A DNA stretch of 37,267 nt from the NCBI GenBank assembly GCA_021809925.1, contig JAJZJV010000004.1:1-37267 (forward strand). Reading direction: 5' to 3'. Below are positions 34,296 to 37,267 of this stretch, in pieces. Both the position numbers and the translations under genes were made by a program. The notes beneath the pieces are model-generated. The model did no database searches. It saw nothing but the letters and a program-made list of their open reading frames with translations, and had not been told where the DNA came from. Source of the stretch: Candidatus Micrarchaeota archaeon. Its GTDB lineage: Archaea; Micrarchaeota; Micrarchaeia; Micrarchaeales; CABMGC01. Each line of letters begins with the position of its first letter. The first letter of the stretch is position 1.

Positions 34296-34948
34296 AAGGA
34301 ATACTTTTGTTCCTGTATCTCAATGAGTATCCTAGCGTTCTTGACTTCTTTTAGGAATTTCTCTTCTGCTTTCTTTGATCCTTCCTTGCCTAGAAGCGCT
34401 TTGTAATGCATCGGTATTACAACCTTTGCATTTAAGCTATTTGCTGCGGGAATTGCCTCTTCAACGCTCATCACATATGTGCCGCCAATTGGAATAAGTG
34501 CAACATCCGCATTGAGTCCCTTCATTTCTTCTATGAAATCAGTATCGCCTGCATGATAGATGGTCTTACCATCAACCTCTATTATGTATCCGACCCACCT
34601 ATTCTCTTTAGGATGATTCTTCAGCCTGCTCTCAACAACATTGTATGCTGGTATCGTCCTAAACTTTATCCCATCTACAGTATACGCCTTGTTTGGCTCC
34701 ACAGCTATCTTTTTGCCAAAATCAATCTTGTCAATGCTATCTTTTGGAAGAACTATGGTCGTATCTTTTCCGGCTATTTTTCGTATATCTTCCATATTCA
34801 TATGGTCAAAGTGCGGGTGAGTTATGAATATGATATCGGCTTTCTCAGATCCCTCTACCTTGAAAGGATCAATGTATATTGTCTTTCCCTTATCCTTTAT
34901 TATGAAAGCAGAATGGTTCACAAGCCTCAAAAAATTTATTTCCATCAT
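34289..34948 (-). CDS. MBL-fold metallo-hydrolase (UlaG-like)
   Basis: IYIDP, THPHFDH, PAYN, YHAGDT, LIPIGG.Y.M, IPMHY. Confidence 0.93.
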   Translation of the reverse strand: MMEINFLRLVNHSAFIIKDKGKTIYIDPFKVEGSEKADIIFITHPHFDHMNMEDIRKIAGKDTTIVLPKDSIDKIDFGKKIAVEPNKAYTVDGIKFRTIPAYNVVESRLKNHPKENRWVGYIIEVDGKTIYHAGDTDFIEEMKGLNADVALIPIGGTYVMSVEEAIPAANSLNAKVVIPMHYKALLGKEGSKKAEEKFLKEVKNARILIEIQEQKYSFQ

Positions 34949-35000
34949 AAGACCTCAATACAATTCTTTATATAATGTTGCAATTATTTATTAAAGTGGT

Positions 35001-35999
35001 TTGATCTTGGAGTTTAACTCTGGTCTCCTGAAGATACACAGGGAACCAAATGAATGGAAAGGGATTCTTGCCAGTAGAATTACAGGAGCTGCAGAACTGA
35101 TGTCAAAACTAATAGGATCCGAGATCAATAGGGCCATCTCTTCACAGAATATCCTGATAAAGATCGTGGTAAAGATAATGGGCAAGAAGGCAGAGGATGC
35201 AATATCTCCGTATATTGCTGCAGTGGTGCTCCTCGTCTCTTCAGCAAGAAGCGTAAGTCCAGAGAAGGTTGGAGATTTGCTTAAGGCAATAGGCATCGAG
35301 CCGCAGAAGAGGGAACTTGGCTTTGTATCGATGATACGCTTTGACGCTGCAACTGCAGCATACGCTCCAGTATTCTATTTCATGACTCTTGTGAAAGACG
35401 AGCCTGATGCAGAATCACTAATGGTAGTCATAAAGGCGCTTGGGCTTGAGGCAAATAAAGAGACTGCAGATTATGTTATGAAGATATATAGAGAAAATAT
35501 TCTCAGCAAGGAAGTACAGAGGCCAAACAAGCTTCAAGAGATGCTCGATGCATCAATCAAGTCTGCTTCAGATATGCTCTCAAAGCTTGAGCTGATGGAA
35601 CTTGAGAGGATCTTTGAGATCAAGAACATGAAAACTTATATCGAGGAAGGCATAATACCCTACTTAGGAGCAGTTGGGGTGATGGAATATATGGGCAGGG
35701 ACATCGGGCTTGAGGGCATTGAGAGCTTCAGGAGCGGAGTAAAAGAGGTAATAGAGGCTATTGGCGCTGTGCCTGACGATAAGATGCTCGATGTCGTTAC
35801 AAAGTCCCTAAACATAGGCAACTTTCCTTTCATATATGTATCTGTAATCTTCTTCATATTGGGAGCTGGCCAGGAGCCTAACGTGCAGAAGATGATTGAT
35901 GTGGTGAGAACAATGGGGCTCAAGACAGATGAAGCTGCAGCATCTTATCTGCTGACACTTTACCGGCAGATGAATCCCAGATCTGACGGAACTAACTAA
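35001..35999 (+). CDS. Protein with four tandem ribosomal P-stalk (aP1/L12p N-terminal)-like domains
   Basis: Four Y..A..hh.....h....h..hh.AhG...(D/E) units at aa ~70, 120, 220 and 278. No acidic C-terminal tail. Confidence 0.75.
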   Translation: MILEFNSGLLKIHREPNEWKGILASRITGAAELMSKLIGSEINRAISSQNILIKIVVKIMGKKAEDAISPYIAAVVLLVSSARSVSPEKVGDLLKAIGIEPQKRELGFVSMIRFDAATAAYAPVFYFMTLVKDEPDAESLMVVIKALGLEANKETADYVMKIYRENILSKEVQRPNKLQEMLDASIKSASDMLSKLELMELERIFEIKNMKTYIEEGIIPYLGAVGVMEYMGRDIGLEGIESFRSGVKEVIEAIGAVPDDKMLDVVTKSLNIGNFPFIYVSVIFFILGAGQEPNVQKMIDVVRTMGLKTDEAAASYLLTLYRQMNPRSDGTN

Positions 36000-37140
36000 T
36001 CCTGAAGGCTTTGAAGATGCGGATCTTAATGAAGTTGTTCAGCAGCATGAAGAGAATTGAGATTGCGAATATTGTGCATACGGCAGTTATGCTTATAGGT
36101 GTCATTAGGATTCCGAAGTAGGAGAATGAAGCGCCAACCAAAACGCTGGAGAGAGATGCAATAAGAAGCATGTTGCTAGGCCGGGATTTCAAGAAAGAGT
36201 TCCTCTCTCTTATTGTAAATATGAGGAGTTGGTCAGTTACATTGAATAATAGGAATATAGAGGTTTGGAATTGCTTGATGCTCATTCCAAATATTGCTAG
36301 GTTGATCGGTATAAATATCAGGGACTCTGCAAGTAGCACTATTCCGAGTATGCATGATGAGTATACTATCGATCTGATATTCCAGACATCTGGCTTCCTG
36401 GAGTAGACGCTCGTATCTGTAGACAGAGAGATGCTGGTTATGTCGTTGGTGAACAGGAGAAGTATAAGCAAGAAAGAGGATATAGGTACAATATTCATAA
36501 AGATGAATGCTATCGCTATAAATCCTATTATCTGGAAGACCTTCGCTACCTTTACCATGGAATATGTGACTATCCTCTCGAAGATCCTCCTGCTCTCCTT
36601 AACAGCATCTACTATCACGCCTATGCCATCTGCTGTGAGAACCAGATCGGCTGCGCTCTTTGCAACATCTGTTGCATTTGATACTGCTATACCAACCTCA
36701 GCCTGTTTGAGCGAGGGTGCATCGTTTACACCATCGCCAGTCATCCCGACATGGTATTTTAGCTTTTGCAATGCCTTTACTATGAGATACTTGTCTTCAG
36801 GATAGATATTAGCAAAACCATCCACATTCTCTATCTTCTCTGCCAGATCTGCTTGATTCATATTCTTCAGGTTCGCGGAATCCAGTATATTGGTTCCAAG
36901 GCCGACTTCTGCTGCTATCTCCCTGGCAACGCTTACACTGTCTCCGGTTAACATCTTTGACCTTACTCCAAGGTCCCCGAGATCTTTTATCAGGAGCTTT
37001 GCATCCTGCCTGGGCTCATCGTAAAGTGCCAATATCCCAAATAATTCCTCTCCTCCTCTTGATCTGGCTACAAGTATGCTTCTAAAGCCATCCTTTGAAA
37101 GTTCCTCGACCGTACTCTCTATCCATGACTTTGTAGTTTT
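35992..37140 (-). pseudogene. P-type ATPase (type IIIA H+-ATPase-like), 3' part, interrupted by an IS element
   Basis: GFRSI.VA, LYDEPR.D, KMLTGD, FA.IYPEDK, GMTGDGVNDAP.LK.A.VGIAV, SRRIFER, and TND (proton-acceptor Asp). ATPase-like sequence stops at the IS end at 37141. Confidence 0.9.
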
Positions 37141-37267
37141 GTGACATCCTCCAACGACTAAAGGTCGTTGGCTTCCCCTGCATTTGCAGGGTATGTTCTC
37201 AGTTCCTCGAGAGTCGCCTCCTGTTGAGGTCTTACATTCTCTCCCTGAGCGTGACTTCCCCTCTGTC
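37141..37267 (-). mobile_element. IS200/IS605 right end with TnpB C-terminal tail and omega/reRNA scaffold (continues beyond window)
   Basis: GGAAGCCAACGACCTTTAGTCGTTGGAGGATGTCAC: perfect 8-bp hairpin and terminal TCAC. Upstream frame QRGSHAQGENVRPQQEATLEELRTYPANAGEANDL* is a typical TnpB tail. Confidence 0.88.

Noticed and set aside
2528-36951. Numerous antisense ORFs in the track (e.g. 6326..6976, 17842..18390, 19956..20744, 31705..32181)
   Set aside because: They are shadows of well-supported genes on the opposite strand, with Ser/Phe/Leu-rich composition and no motifs.
1-37267. CRISPR array, cas genes or rRNA
   Set aside because: No regularly spaced repeats, cas motifs or rRNA-like sequence were seen. 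The TnpB pieces have IS ends, not arrays.
1-37267. Genome-wide stop-codon reassignment
   Set aside because: TGA, TAG and TAA all terminate conserved core genes at expected positions (for example rpl3 TGA, rps19 TAG, rpl2 TAA).

Overview
Archaeal chromosomal window, most likely DPANN/Micrarchaeota. This placement is inferred from archaeal informational genes, Micrarchaeota-style S-layer, pilin and LamG motifs, and a tRNA intron with a relaxed BHB. Core genes: priS, rpl15e, an rpl3-rpl4-rpl23-rpl2-rps19-rpl22-rps3-rpl29-sui1 cluster, peroxiredoxin, trmI, dnaG, Toprim protein, hjc, trm5, spt5-rpl11, dedA, pelota, rsmA, tRNA-Asp and intron-containing tRNA-Tyr. Two decaying accessory tracts (about 12.9-15.7 kb and 23.7-30.6 kb) hold TnpB/TnpA/integrase relics, a pseudo-tRNA-Ala, a broken SNF2 helicase and dispersed inverted repeats. 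An IS200/IS605 right end interrupts a P-type H+-ATPase at the window edge. Most unusual items: (1) a stand-alone single-repeat TATA-binding protein; (2) a protein built of four tandem ribosomal P-stalk (aP1/L12)-like domains with no acidic tail; (3) a membrane-anchored, apparently circularly permuted S-layer domain; (4) an alternating A-B-A-B-A-B array of paralogous 4-TM proteins with a fourth fused, decayed pair 21 kb away; (5) a CDC48-type double-AAA ATPase fused to a polytopic membrane domain. All family calls come from motif recognition by eye; no searches were run.
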